Shown here in pieces: positions 39,637 to 53,054 of a stretch of 64,000 bases of DNA. Both the position numbers and the translations under genes were made by a program. Numbering within the stretch: the stretch's first letter is position 1; each line of letters starts with the position of its first letter. The notes below the pieces were generated by a model. It saw only the letters and a program-made list of their open reading frames with translations. It was not told the origin of the DNA and did not search any database. Source of the DNA: Octopus sinensis (lineage: Eukaryota); NCBI RefSeq assembly GCF_006345805.1, contig NC_043014.1:51894001-51958000 (forward strand). The letters are read 5' to 3'.

Positions 39637-39684
<48 letters not shown>

Positions 39685-40519
39685 ATATCGACACACGTAT
39701 CCACACACACACACATATATTTATATAATTGTGTGAAATAGATATGCAATACCAATGTTCATTGTTAACGTGTAACCCCTCTCTACCCCCAAGGTCGATG
39801 TCGATTTAAAATATAACAGGAAGTAAATGAATTGAATAAATGTGAATTATTTTTAGCATCAAAAACAAACCCCCGCCTTTCATGAATGAAAAAGTGTCCT
39901 TGAATAACAGACTCTGTAGATTGCTGCAGGAAATAACTCACCTCATTCCATTTCTTCACTTTACATTCTCCGCTACATAAACCCTAGTGGATAGCGTAAA
40001 CTGTCGAGATGGAAAACGATGCCTTGTTTCAAAATACTGTAGGTGTATGTCCCTGTGTTGCCTACATTTAGCCCTAACATAATAGCTCCTGGTTTGAGCG
40101 TCATTTTGAAATATGATAATGCGTAGGCCTCCATGTTTCAACCAGAATTCATCGTCCATCTTTTTTTCCCCGCGTGATCATCTTTCCCTTCTTTGAGTAC
40201 TATCCTAACAACTGGACATACTCTATCTCTCTCTTATATCTTTTCTCAAAGAAAATATTTCCCCAACCTTTGCTATTTTTACCCTGGTTCTGGTCTGACG
40301 ACACTCCATATTTGTTTTCGTCCGGTTTCCTGTTTTTGTTCCCAGCTTTGTCCCTCCATGAATAAAAGATTTGGTACTTATGGAAGCAACTGTCTTCGAA
40401 GAATCATATTGTCGTTCAGTGTTCGAAATGAGGAGTAGATAGACAGCCGACAAATGATGAAGGGTCGTTCTTTGTTTTTTTTTTGTTATGTTTTCTATTT
40501 GCTTTCGCATTTCATGTTG

Positions 40520-40866
40520 TATACAGTTGGTGACGTCCTGTATCCATAACGGTTTCGCGGCTCTGACCGCATCTCGGGCCCGTGTTTCCCGAGCCGTGTC
40601 TGTAGAGCTTATCCCGAACAGGTAGGGCTTCTGGGTAGAACTGCCAGGCCAGGGACATCTGGAAGTTGTCCATAGGTCCCGGCCCGAAAGTTGTCTTGAA
40701 CAGGCGGCTGAGGTATTTCTCGTCGACGCCCAGGATCGTCCCGAGATCGTCGTCTTACCTCCCCTCCATTAATCCCCTATGGAATGCTTTGGTTGTGTTG
40801 AAGTCGCTCACGGTCGACTCGGGACGGCATAGTTGCTTGAAAGCAACGCGACACTCGCGGTGTCAG
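40520..40866 (-). mobile_element. Tx1/L1-clade LINE ORF2 C-terminal fragment
   Basis: One minus frame with a single stop (40755-40757): ..LFKTTFGPGPMDNFQMSLAWQFYPEALPVRDKLYRHGSGNTGPRCGQSRETV, resembling the L.W....ALPVR..L.R.G....C..C...ET..H zinc-knuckle region. Confidence 0.75.
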
Positions 40867-40902
<36 letters not shown>

Positions 40903-40925
40903 ATATTATATATATATATATATAG

Positions 40926-41058
40926 GGAGATGTACTGGCATAGCAAGTGATTTGATCTGAGATCGTGTGCTGGAACGAAAACAATTGCAGCGTGGAAGGT
41001 GTTTGTAAGCCATTTAAGAAACACACAAAAGCCGTTCGATTCATTTCAACATTAAAGT
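40926..41058 (+). repeat. Truncated copy of the (TA)n-flanked cassette at 59137-59346
   Basis: 127/133 identical to the reverse complement of 59212-59344; (TA)n on both sides. Confidence 0.92.
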
Positions 41059-41059
41059 G

Positions 41060-41114
<55 letters not shown>

Positions 41115-41115
<1 letters not shown>

Positions 41116-41270
41116 ACGACAAGCTTCTTTCGATTTCTATGTCGAAGATTCCTCTCAAATTTTTGCCGGCCCAATTTTATAGTAGAGGTCACATGCACAT
41201 ATGCCACGCTGTGGAACTGAACCGGAAACCGTGTGGATGGGAAGTCAATTTCTTAACACACACCCACGCC
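41115..41270 (-). mobile_element. SINE family A, diverged 5' half
   Basis: ACGACAAGCTTCTTTC..TATAGTAGAGG..GCCACGCTGTGGAACTGAACCGGAAACC. Confidence 0.7.
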
Positions 41271-41691
41271 AGATGAAACCACTTCCGGCTTCAGAAAGTT
41301 CTGCAATTGTAGAGGTGAATTCAGACATGCAGGCGGAAGATATTTAATTAAAGTGTCAGTCATAACTTAGTTTTTCGATACATCTTTCTCTTTCGTCGCC
41401 ATTGTCCATGTTTTGATATATAACTGAAGAATTCAATGATTTAATTGATGCTTAATTTCATTCGTTAAGAGCAATTAATTATTAATGATACTGCATTATT
41501 AATTGTTTTCTCTTATTGTTATCTTCTGTAAATTAACAGACTCTTTGGAAATATATTAGAGGCACTTCATTAAACATATTAAATTGAAGTTGACGTAGAT
41601 GAAATAATTAAAGAGATTAGAGACGATTGTAATAATATACAACAATTAAGTAGTTAACAACATCGTATTTAACTCAACTACCTTTATCTTT

Positions 41692-41918
41692 TACTGCTTA
41701 CAGTGATTTGAGTGTGGCCATGCTGGGGCCTTGAATAACTCTTTTAGTGGAAAGAATCGAACCCAGCATTATTTAAGTCTGTTACTTAGAATAAGTTACT
41801 AATGGCGACCAGCTAGGTTTGTCAAGGGGTCGGGTGGAAAAACACAGGAAAAAATACAGAAAGACACGGTTTGTTAGAAGACAGTTACTCAGGCTGCCAC
41901 CTAGTGGGTATGAACCTG
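41692..41918 (-). mobile_element. SINE family A-like, highly diverged
   Basis: CAGTGATTTGAGTGTGGCCATGCTGG..AATCGAACCCAG..AGAAGACAGTTACTCAGGCTGCCAC. Confidence 0.5.
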
Positions 41919-41925
41919 TATATGT

Positions 41926-42203
41926 ATCACGTGATCACGTGACCGACCAGTCCATCAGATGTAGTTAGACATCGCTGGTCACAATGCGTTCGCATTGTTT
42001 TAGCCTTCGAATGACGCCACCCCGCTGGCTAAGCGAGCAGGCCAACAGAAGAAAGAGTGGTGAAAGAGTACAGCAGGGATCACCGCCACCTGCCGGAGCC
42101 TCATGAAGCTTTTAGGTGTTTCGCTCAATAAACACTCACAACGCCCGGTCTGGGAATCGAAACCGCGAGTCCGCTGCCCTAACCACTGGGCCATTGCGCC
42201 TCC
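41926..42203 (-). mobile_element. SINE family C (tRNA-derived), near full length
   Basis: Minus head GGAGGCGCAATGGCCCAGTGGTTAGGGCAGCGGACTCGCGGTTTCGATTCCCAG (A and B boxes, shortened spacer); tail GGTCGGTCACGTGATCACGTGAT. Confidence 0.85.
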
Positions 42204-42221
42204 ATATATAATATATATATA

Positions 42222-42294
42222 TATCACATGATCACATGACCGACCAGGCTATCAGATGTTGCTACACATCGCTGGTCACAATGCGCTTCGCATT
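42222..42294 (-). mobile_element. SINE family C, second 3'-tail fragment
   Basis: ATCACATGATCACATGACCGACCAGGCTATCAGATG..ACATCGCTGGTCACAATGCGC repeats 41926-41995. Confidence 0.85.
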
Positions 42295-43013
42295 TTTTAA
42301 TTCTTCAAGAGAAGGTCATATATATAGAGAGAGAGAGGAGAGAGGGAGAGAGAAATGCATATATATATAGATTTAATGTATTTTTATATTTATGTTCAGT
42401 GTGTATGTATATACAAATGTTTGGGTTTACATATCTAATATATCAAACCCAATTCGTTTGAGACAATCAATCTCATTTTCTGTTTGTATTCGTTGTTAAT
42501 AAGTATTCTAAGCCTTCCCAGTCCAATATACATTCGATATACAACGTACATATCTACATGTTCATAAGTATTCAAATTAGATATGGAGGGAGCCTAAGAA
42601 CAGAATTTAAATGCGCACCTCTATCTTTTGACAATACGAGACTGAATTTCCAAGGATAATTATATTTTTTTGAGAACTATTAGATGTAATTGAAATGTAG
42701 TGAGCTATATTTCAAGTGAAATGTTTTTAAAGCCTTCGAAATTAATTTATTTGCAAATGATCAGTTCCAACTGTAAGTAGATACACACTAAAGTTTAATA
42801 ACTATAATTTTATTCTTGTATTCTTAACAACACTGATAACTTCTAACTACTTACATACATGCACATAAATTGAGTTTTACCTACATACATACATAAATAT
42901 TTAAAAATAATTGTTTATGTTATATAATATTATGTTACATTATATTCGTAGTATATCATGTAATATAAATTATTGGATTGTCAGTGATATCGCTCTATTT
43001 AATATTTATCTTC

Positions 43014-43014
<1 letters not shown>

Positions 43015-43044
<30 letters not shown>

Positions 43045-43049
43045 TGTGC

Positions 43050-43086
<37 letters not shown>

Positions 43087-43099
43087 CACATATATGTGC

Positions 43100-43151
<52 letters not shown>

Positions 43152-43240
43152 TATATATATATATGTGTATATATATATATATGTATATATAAATATATGT
43201 ATGTATATATAGGCACACACTCATGTATATATATATACAT
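43015..43240. repeat. (TA)n/(TG)n microsatellite with an internal duplicated unit
   Basis: TACACATATATGTGCGTGTGTGTGTGTGTG occurs twice about 50 bp apart. Confidence 0.9.
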
Positions 43241-43429
43241 ATTTATACACGTGTGCACCTGCGTGTGTCTGTAGCTCTCTATTTGCTCGGAACAATTTTA
43301 ACTTACACTATGTATACATTATTGTCTAAGAGACATGACGTTCATTTATAATGAATGGTAAATATTTGAATAATAACCAGAGCAAAGTGTACATGTGTGC
43401 GTACAGTAGATGGAGACAATACGAGAAAA

Positions 43430-43476
<47 letters not shown>

Positions 43477-43756
43477 TTCAATGTGTAGAATATGGGACCA
43501 AAAACATTAAATATTTGAGAGAGATTGAGGGAGAGAGACAAAAATTTTAATTAGGAAAGAAATCATTTCAAATGAAAATATCAAAGAATATGTGGCTATT
43601 GGCATAGAACCACATAAGTAAATATTTAATCTATATACAAATTATACCAACACGAGTGATCAGGTATTTCAAAAACACGTAATTGTACTTACATATGCAG
43701 ATATAGATTCGTATAGATGTGTGCATATGTGTGTGTGTCCATGCGTTTGAATAGAG

Positions 43757-43790
<34 letters not shown>

Positions 43791-45399
43791 GCACCGAAGT
43801 ATAAATAGATAGATTGTATAGATAGATGGATATACAGACAGACAGTCTGACTGATCAATTGATCGATTGATAAACAGACGGATTGAGTGATAGATAGATA
43901 GGCAGACTGACTGACGGATAGCGAGATAGATAGACTGAGACAGACAGAGAGAGATATGTTTTATGAAAAAAGAGATATCATGACAATTCAGCATTGAATG
44001 AATACTGAAAGATAGAACTTTTGCAGAATACTTTTTCCGTAGGAGAGTTTTAAAAGTGACTTGGAGTTTTGGTAGACATGGTGACAGTTGCAGTATTACA
44101 GTTCGTGTTATAGAATCGGATTTCAAATTCTCCCAGAATGGACTTAGAATTCCATCATGACATTGCAAAATAAGTGTACTGTAGTTAATTATTCCCCCAC
44201 CCCCTCCTTTTTCATGTATCTCTCTTTCTCAGAATCGTTTAAACAGCGATCTAACATGGAAGCAGTTCTTTCTCTCACCTGCTTATTTAGTTTGTGTCCT
44301 CAGAAATTGCAGGCTGCTGTCCCGGAAACTGGATCTCCACTGGGAGTCAGGAGCTTATTAGCTTTTGTTACAAAATGTCTCTAGAGCGCCTTTTCAAATC
44401 CAAGCTTCTTCTGCTCGCATAATTTTATACACAAAGCGGATATATACATTTGTCCGGGAACCACATGCAGATATGTATTCCCACTGAAACACTGAGCATG
44501 AAGTATAATTCTCAACAGTGAATGGAGAATACGGATATGGTGTCATCGCTCGTCAGCAGTGAAAATTAGATCGGGTTATCCATTAGATTCTCGATTGCGG
44601 CCGAGTATCAGATGTGGTCAACATTCATAAGGGACATGGGTAACTCGTTGGTCGCAGCCGTCTCAAACAGCCCGGTTGAAGACCACCGCAAGGACAATTG
44701 CAAGTAGTATTTAGGTCAAACTCTTTAGCTATTCTTGTAACTTATATGGTTCATTAAATTACCGAAATGCTCACTACATCATACAACAAGAATATAAGTC
44801 TACAGTCAATCAAGCGATATATTATAAATTATATTACTGAACTACAAAGCGCCTAATGGAAGATAATGCTTACAAGTTGTATACACATAACATAGATTTC
44901 AATATTTAATAAGTCTAAGATAAAAGACAATCTCAGAATAGATGCAAACATTCATCAATTAATAATATTTGTCTCTTAATTTATTTATTTATTTTGTATT
45001 TGTTTACGCGTTGTTACTATATTTATTTATCTTTAACTGTGTATGTTTACAAATTCTCTGGCTTACTAGTCAGTTCGTATATTTTTCGTTCAATTATGGT
45101 TGGTATTTTCTTTTTACGCTGGGTGTTTTTCTGTGAAATAGGTCAATATTAACACTATTATCCGCAGAGATGGACTAACAACAGGTACGTAAGTTGGCAC
45201 TGTGATTTAACCCTAAAAAAATCTCCAGGATTTGTTTTCTTACAACTATTCATAATCAAAGATCAAATCATGCCCCAGTCCAATTTTCATTCTTCCATCT
45301 TTGATTTAATACCGAACCAGTAAAGCGCAGGTATCCAATGAATTCCATACGCAATACCAATTCCATGCGCAATACCTTCATTCAAATAATTCGTGTTGT

Positions 45400-45570
45400 G
45401 AAAGCTTCCGTATATTCAACGCGCTGAAACTATGTTTGAGTCAGGTATGCGTAGCAGATGAGAAGTTCCCATGTCTTTTTTTTTTTTACCTTTGCCCTTT
45501 GTGTTAATCATTTCCATTTCTAAGCATATTTGACAAATTCGTAGAGCACCCAGCTTTCTACATCCTATGA
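45400..45570 (-). mobile_element. RTE-like LINE 3'-end relic
   Basis: ICLEMEMINTKGKGKKKK/TWELLI resembles the RTE C-terminal ..MEV.G.RGRGRPKKTW motif. Confidence 0.5.
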
Positions 45571-45571
45571 C

Positions 45572-45668
45572 TTTTCCCACGCCAACATTAAAACTGCGGC
45601 TTAAAATATCTGGAAGAGTATTCACTTTGTTTTGTTGTACTATTTTATCTCCGTAGACAAATTTAATT
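45572..45668 (+). repeat. 97-bp direct repeat, copy 1 (copy 2 at 47863-47958)
   Basis: TTTTCCCAC..ATTAAAACTGCGGCTTAAAATATCTGGAAG..TATCTCCGTAGACAAATTTAATT; 5 substitutions and 1 indel between copies. Confidence 0.9.
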
Positions 45669-46349
45669 ACATCTTTGGTATTTTTGGTTAATCTTACCTA
45701 CTGCGTGTTAACTACAACGTGTTAGCTGCTTATATTGAGTTCTTTCAACACAGTATCTGTCGCATATAAATAGCAAAGTTTCAATCTACGCATATTTTGA
45801 TACGTATGCAGCCTTGGCAAAACGCTGCATTTTCCTTCACCAAGTCAAAAACCATTTTCTAGATAGGACCAGAGGACGCGTTGCGTACATCCATAAACTC
45901 TCTCTTTACGACGCTGGCGTTGCAGACTCGTTAATGAAATAATTTATTCGCTGTAGTCCACCTTGATTACAACCCGAGTCTCTTCAGCTAAGATCAATAG
46001 TAGAATTGTGAAATTGCCGAGTAAACAAGTAGCGTAATTGTACTCTTGTAGAAGACAAAAACACAATTTTTATCTAGCAGAGAAGAATTTTCTATATGCA
46101 ATATAATAGAATTTGAATTATAACATTGACATACGTAACAGCAAGCATAATGGAAAATGACAATGCAATAATTCAATTTTCACCTTTATACATGTCGCCC
46201 GTTATATCTCAGATACAATCATGCATGAATCTAATTGATAACTCGTCTTCTAATTTATGTATAATTTAGCATTTGATTAAATAAATATATAACTAATATG
46301 TATTTTATTATTTTATTATACTTACATGCATAATTATATTATATATATA

Positions 46350-46400
<51 letters not shown>

Positions 46401-46854
46401 TATGCGTGTGTTTATATTATATATAAATATTATAAGAAGGAAAAGTTTGTATTATGCGGTATTTGTTCTTTTGTAAGATAATGTAATAAAAGAACTTTCG
46501 AAGGTAATGTGAGGTTAACTTCACAAAGATAAAATTGTTTCGACAGTAATTTGCATTTTATTGACAAGTTTGAATATTTTCTGCTTAGTCGGGAATAATT
46601 ATCTAAATGTATTTCTGCTTAAATATTCTTCATAACTATATCAATATCTCAATCACCCTTCCCATCTCTTCGCTTACTTATTCATGCTCTCATTATACAC
46701 ACGCACGTAAACACATGCGCACGCGCACGTTTATATGTGTGCATATGTGTATTCATCTATATATATATTGTTCTACAGCAAGATAGATTTATACTCATGC
46801 TTATATCTATGCGTGGTTTTATAGATGCCGCTATATATGTATAAATTTATATAT

Positions 46855-46891
46855 ACACATACACACGTACACACACACATATATAATTCCT

Positions 46892-46954
<63 letters not shown>

Positions 46955-47414
46955 GTACACACACACAAATATAATTCCTGGTATATATATATATATATTA
47001 TATATATATATACATACACACGTACACACACACATATATTATTCCTGGTATATATATATATTATATATATATACACATACGCACGTAGACACACAAATAT
47101 AATTCCTGTATATATATATATACACACGTACACACACACACATATATATTCCTGGTATATATATATATATATACACATACACACGTACACATACACAAAT
47201 AAAACCTGGTATATATATATATATATACACGTACACACACATATATATAATTCCTGGTATATATATATACACATACACACGTACACACACACATATAATT
47301 CCTGGTATATATATATATACACGTACACACGTACACACACAGATATAATTCCTGGTATATATATATATATATACACATACACACGTACACACACACATAT
47401 AATTCCTGGTATAA

Positions 47415-47447
<33 letters not shown>

Positions 47448-47460
47448 ATACATACATATG
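46855..47460. repeat. Minisatellite of about 10 units with an ATTCCTGGTA core embedded in (TA)n/(CA)n
   Basis: Cores near 46886, 46974, 47041, 47102 (variant), 47148, 47201 (variant), 47250, 47298, 47348 and 47402. Confidence 0.92.
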
Positions 47461-49160
47461 CATCTGAACATGAACATGTGTGTGTGCCTGTGTGTGTATA
47501 TATATATGAATGAATATATACGTGTGTTTGTTCGCCTGTTTGTATGTGTGCGTGTGTGGTTGGAGAGTGCTCTCGCGTACTTCTGAATCTTGATGCCATT
47601 CCATGTTTCTGCCGTACTGAATATATTATTTATCATTCGCTTTAATTTTAGATGCGTTATTGCATAACTGAATTTTAAATTCGATTTCTCAATTTAGATT
47701 AGTTTGTTCCCAATCTATGTTGTTTTTGCTTTTTTTTTAATTTATTTCTAATCTTATTTCGCCTTACGAACATTTCCAAGATATGTGTGATCAACACGAA
47801 TAAAAATATTTCAAAAAATATTTTTATACAACTTACAGAAAAAAGATGAAAAACAACATGAATTTTCCCACACCAGCATTAAAACTGCGGCTTAAAATAT
47901 CTGGAAGGGTATTCAATTTATTTTTTGTACTATTTTATCTCCGTAGACAAATTTAATTTCTGAAGAAAATAAATATGTACTAAAACGAAGCATATTTGCA
48001 ATTTCCAACAAAAAAACATGTAACAAAAATGAAAGCAAAAAACAAACGGCAATAATATATTGTGGAAATATTAAATTTTATTATCGTTGTAGTAGATTCG
48101 TTCAGATATGGCGTTTTGTTTCTGTCTGACTTTTCATTTTAGTTTCATAATCAGATTTCCTTAGAATGTGAAAGAACATTCTTGTTACTTTTCCATTTTA
48201 ATGAGTTTTTCTGTTTTTTTTTTTTTTTTTTTTTCAAGAAGTTAATATTTGAACATACAAAGACAAGAAATTAAGTGCTACTTTGCATGACTATTATCTG
48301 AATCTGACTATTATTTGATTCAAAAGTGAAAGAGTTACACATTTATTGAATTTTTATTCGTAACTTTAAAAATGTTTTTGCTTATTAGTATTCAGTTGAA
48401 CTCATTTATACTGCATAGAGATAAGTAATTCGAAAAATCAGTAAATTCTTAGGGGGATCGCTTAGCATTTATTGGACTTATTCCAAATCCATTATAATAA
48501 TTCATACTATAATAGACTGCGCCTGGAAGCCAAATGTTCTTTCAGACTCACAGAGTACATGATATCAAAACGTATTATAAATAAAGAAATAATAAAGTTC
48601 ATATTATACGATAAAAGAATTTATCAAAACTATGAAATGGAGCTAACCAATGTATAGATCTGAAGTCCATTTCTTATACATTGTGAAATAGAATCGATGG
48701 TTTAAAGCTGAATCGAGCCTGTTTGAAGCATCAAGAAGGATGGAACGCGGTGGTAAATTGTGCTAAGGAATAGTCAACTACTCATCAAAGAATGGAATTC
48801 TTTCGGCAAAATTCTACATGGATTTTATCTCTTCAGAAATCTCATTCGTACAGCTGAGTACCAAACTTATGGAAACTGCCGTTAAACCAGCAGGTAGATC
48901 TGAATAAGAATCAACGTACTTTCGAAACCATAACTACACTCGTCCATGGGAGTTATGGTCCTCTTAAAAATAACTGATCTCTTAACTGATCTACATATTC
49001 AATAACAATAAACCGCATATAAAATGGTGACTTAAGAAGTAAAGTGTCTATTTATTAGCGAATTCTCATCTCATATAATATAAATATTGTTTTATACTAA
49101 TACATCTGTTTGTTTTCTACACCACCTGCCTTGTCTTTTGTTTCTTTCGTGAATTCTCCC

Positions 49161-49246
<86 letters not shown>

Positions 49247-51038
49247 TGCGTACGTGTGTGTAACACGAACATTTGTTACACTATCGATTCACCGTATTCT
49301 TAACTAAATATTCCTGTTGAATTATATTGTTTCCATCGAAGACAAGTCCTATCTGCTGACTGCTTCTGTATATGTTACTTTCTCTTTCAATGAAACACAT
49401 ATCTATCAACGCTTTCCCATGAAATACACACACACACACACACACACACAATATTCTTTCAACTTCACCAATGTGAATACTATTTATCGCATTCCTTTTC
49501 TCACATTATCGAGTTTTATTTAATCCCTCGCGCTGTTTATTCAGTAGAATCCCCTGCAGGGAAGCAGAAATTATTCTATTTTTCTTATTTACCATGAAGT
49601 CGCAGCTTTCGATTGAAAACAATGGTGGGATTTATTTTTGTCGTTTTCTTCACCTGTTGTATGTATTTCACCTTAAATGCTTGCTACTTCTGACACGGCG
49701 GATTTTTCTTGATTAGGATCTCTCGAGAACGTGTCTCGTATATTATTTTATCGTACCTGAATGCACCTGAATGTAAGGTTGATTGCATCAGTTTTGTAAT
49801 GAAACAGAAGGGAAATGGCTGAAAGGAATAACACTGAGGTTCATTTTTTTTCCGATGCTCTGACCACTCATGCATTCAACCTGTTCTTGGCATATTATTA
49901 ATGATATAAAGGGATTTAGATATGCTCTAAATACACTTTGAAAAAAATCATCTCTACCGCTGTGAGTGTAAATAACCCACTGCATGTAGGAGACATCTGA
50001 GTAGTATTGCAAAGGGAGAAATTTATATTTACATATTCGAAATTCCGTTACTGTTGTTTTAGTATTTAGACCTTCCTCAAGCTAAATACTAAAACATAAG
50101 CTCATAAGCTTTACAGCTTCGATAATTATATGTTACATTAATTTGTTAATACATAATGCATCAATGTACCTACACAAATTTTGAAAGGGCATGTTAAAGA
50201 TTTGAAGGAAATCTTGATTGCTTTTACGAGCATATCTAACACCTACAGTAAGCCTTCCTATTTAGCTGAATATATGAAGGTAAATATTGGCTTTAATTTC
50301 ATGTTTATTTTTTTCCATGCAGAAATTTAACGATGGTAAGATTTGATGGAAATTTTACACCTATTTATTTTAATAAATGCGGGCATTCATGTCTTTTTTA
50401 AAAATTTAATTAGAAAGGATACGATCCTTCATACTGCACAGCAGGTTTTATCCAATCGAGTATTTTAGCAGGTTCCGTGTTTTTCTTTTCCACGCTTAAA
50501 TAGTTACAGTGGCTACACGTTCAGTGATGTGTTTCATTCGCAATATCCGAGATTAAATCACATAAAATAGATTTCATTCTATGAAATCCAAATATGTTTC
50601 ATCCCGCTCCGCATAGAAAAAAAAAATTTCTGTTGAAATATGAAATTAATATAATCGAAAAATTATGTTTAATTTAGCATTACATGTTCGGAAATCTTGG
50701 ATTTAATATGATGTGGAAACTAGCCACTTAAGTGCTTTATCATGTGTAAGATAAGGATCGGAAGTATGGAACTATACCTGGAAAATTCCTCTCTAAAATA
50801 CAGACCGAACCATAAGCTTTTTATCATAACTATGGAAGCCCATCAGATGCGTTAGAAAGCGCACTTTTTATGGATAAAACTCTGAGTTTCTCTTACACAA
50901 GGAAAGGGGAAGATAATACTAGGAATAACGACTGCAACAGACTGTCTCCTTTGAACGCAAAGATATGAAGTTTGTTCGTCCTAGTGCAGTTATAGACCAC
51001 CTAATTCTTCATTCCGGAATGGTATATAATTGGCCAAA

Positions 51039-51455
51039 GCGGCGAGCTGGCAGAATCGTTTACACGCCGGGGGAAATACTTAGTAGTATTTCGTCTGCCG
51101 CTACGTTCTGAGTTCAAATTCCGACGAGGTCGACTTTGCCTTTCATCCTTTCGAGGTCGATTAAATAAGTACCAGTTACGCACTGGGGTCGATATAATCG
51201 ACTCAATCCGTTTGTCTGTCCTTGTTTGTCCTCTCTGTGTTTAGCCCCTTGTGGGTAGTAAAGAAATAGGTATTTCGTCTGTCGCTACGTTCTGAGTTCA
51301 AATTCCGCCGAGGTCGACTTTGCCTTTCATCCTTTCGAGGTCGATTAAATAAGTACCAGTTACGCACTGGGGTCGATATAATCGACTCAATCCGTTTGTC
51401 TGTCCTTGTTTGTCCTCTCTGTGTTTAGCCCCTTATAGGTAGTAAAGAAATAGGT
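51039..51455 (+). mobile_element. SINE family B dimer (head plus two 184-bp body units, tail type 1 twice)
   Basis: GTATTTCGTCTG at 51086 and 51270, with a residual GTAT at 51454; A box TGGCAGAATCG, B box GTTCAAATTCC. Confidence 0.95.
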
Positions 51456-51979
51456 ATATAGTTGGCCGGAAACATGAACATCAATCTTGAATGGAGTAAA
51501 AGTGAAATAGAGAACGCAGAGACCATGAACAAGTAGTGAAAACCAAACTACTGAATCTCTAAAATATCTGCCTATTCGGCACCTCTTTATAACATCCGTA
51601 ACAGGGTATAGGTGAGAATTTTAAAGTTTGTGTAGCTGATTTTTCTTTGTGACTGTTAGATTAACATTGATTAAGCTGTCATTTCATGTATATAGATCAT
51701 GTACTTGTTAAAGCTTTCTGCACTTATGTTTGTCTCTTTTTCTATACGCGTGTGTAGGCCTGTGGGTATTTTCTCAAACGCGCTCTTGTAATTTTCTTTG
51801 TGTTTAAGACTATTGGGGTGAACTAAGAGGAATTTGATAGCTTTTGAATTCCTAAATAGGTGAAGCTACATCATAGCGTCTCCCTTTTCTGTTTTAAGCT
51901 CGTTGGTGTTAGATCCTGTTCAGTTTCGCCACAGCACCATTTTGGATATCAACAATTCGACAATATGTAAAAAGTCCTA

Positions 51980-52111
51980 CACTCACAAAGCATTGGGCTA
52001 TTGCGGAAAGACACTAACCAAAGTTGTCTTACAGCAGGGCTTGCAGTAGAACTGGACCCGGGGCATTATTTTTAGGAAGCAAACTTTTTACAGTACTGCC
52101 ACTTCTGCGCC
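51980..52111 (-). mobile_element. SINE family A, diverged 5' fragment
   Basis: ACTCACAAAGCATTGG..GAAAGACACTAACCAAAG..GCCACTTCTGCGCC. Confidence 0.6.
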
Positions 52112-52530
52112 TCTGTGAGAGTAGAAGTAGTCAGTTTTGTAAGAAATTCTCTATACATATATTCGTAAATACTTCATAACTATAGCTATAGTGATGGGAA
52201 TTAGCCTTATTGATAACGACGTTGGATCATCCAACAGATGGATGAATGTTCATATTCCGTCTAGTTTATATAAACATAGTTTTCAATTTATGGTGCATTA
52301 GCCTCGCGATACTTGCTCGTGATATTACGATGTAGGATCTCAGCAAGTTGTGCATTCAATTGCTGCTAAGATAATAATGCATTAACTCTTGATTGTACTG
52401 ATAAAATATAGCTAAAGTAATCTCCATTTGTGTTGCCTTTAACTAAACATATGAAACGACAGCAATAATAATAAGAAGAAGATAATGATAACAATAGCAA
52501 TACTAATAATAATAATAACAATGATAATAG

Positions 52531-52718
52531 TTTCACATTTTAGGGGAGGTAGTTAAGTTGATTACATCGACACCAATGCTCGACTGGTATGTATTTTATC
52601 GACCCCGAAATGATGAAGGCAAAGTTGACCTCGACGGAATTTGAATTCTGAACATAAAGATCGACGAAATGCGGTTAAAAATTTTTCTCGGACTATTAAC
52701 GTTTCTACCAACCCGCCA

Positions 52719-52720
<2 letters not shown>
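52531..52720 (-). mobile_element. SINE family B monomer, diverged
   Basis: GATTACATCGACACCA..TTATCGACCCCGAAATGATGAAGGCAAAGTTGACCTCGACGGAATTTGAA..CCCGCCACC. Confidence 0.85.
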
Positions 52721-52805
<85 letters not shown>

Positions 52806-52816
52806 GAAGAAGAAGA

Positions 52817-53054
52817 AGGCTGGTAGTAGTACCAATAATTGTCGGAGCCCTGGAAACAGTGAGCAAAAATCTCGAGAAGTACGTGGAACAAATAGGGGCT
52901 GCAATAAGGGTGGAGTACTTGCAGAATACAGCACTGCTTAGAAACGCTCGAATGCCCCTAACGGTGCTCGGAAAAAAGGGCGTAACATTAGTTCACTGAC
53001 AGTGAACAGCCTTGCATCTTAGTACATCTCCACCGTAAGGACTTGAGTAAAGAC
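52817..53054 (+). mobile_element. R4/Dong-like RLE non-LTR retrotransposon 3' fragment inside (AAT)n
   Basis: VVVPIIVGALETVSKNLEKYVEQIG..VEYLQNTALLRNARM..VL matches the RLE C-terminus VPIV.GALG...K.L...L......LQK.ALLGTARILR.VL; (AAT)n at 52722-52803 and 53055-53070. Confidence 0.8.

Noticed and set aside
42150-42203. tRNA-like sequences at SINE heads (families A, B and C)
   Set aside because: They have A and B boxes but no complete cloverleaf and continue into SINE bodies; not tRNA genes.
44233-44700. GC-elevated unique block after a strong acceptor
   Set aside because: No recognisable peptide on either strand and no donor nearby; cannot be assigned.
46855-47460. CRISPR-like repeat-spacer appearance (also 409-820)
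   Set aside because: Eukaryotic context, spacers are homologous simple repeats of variable length, and there are no cas genes.
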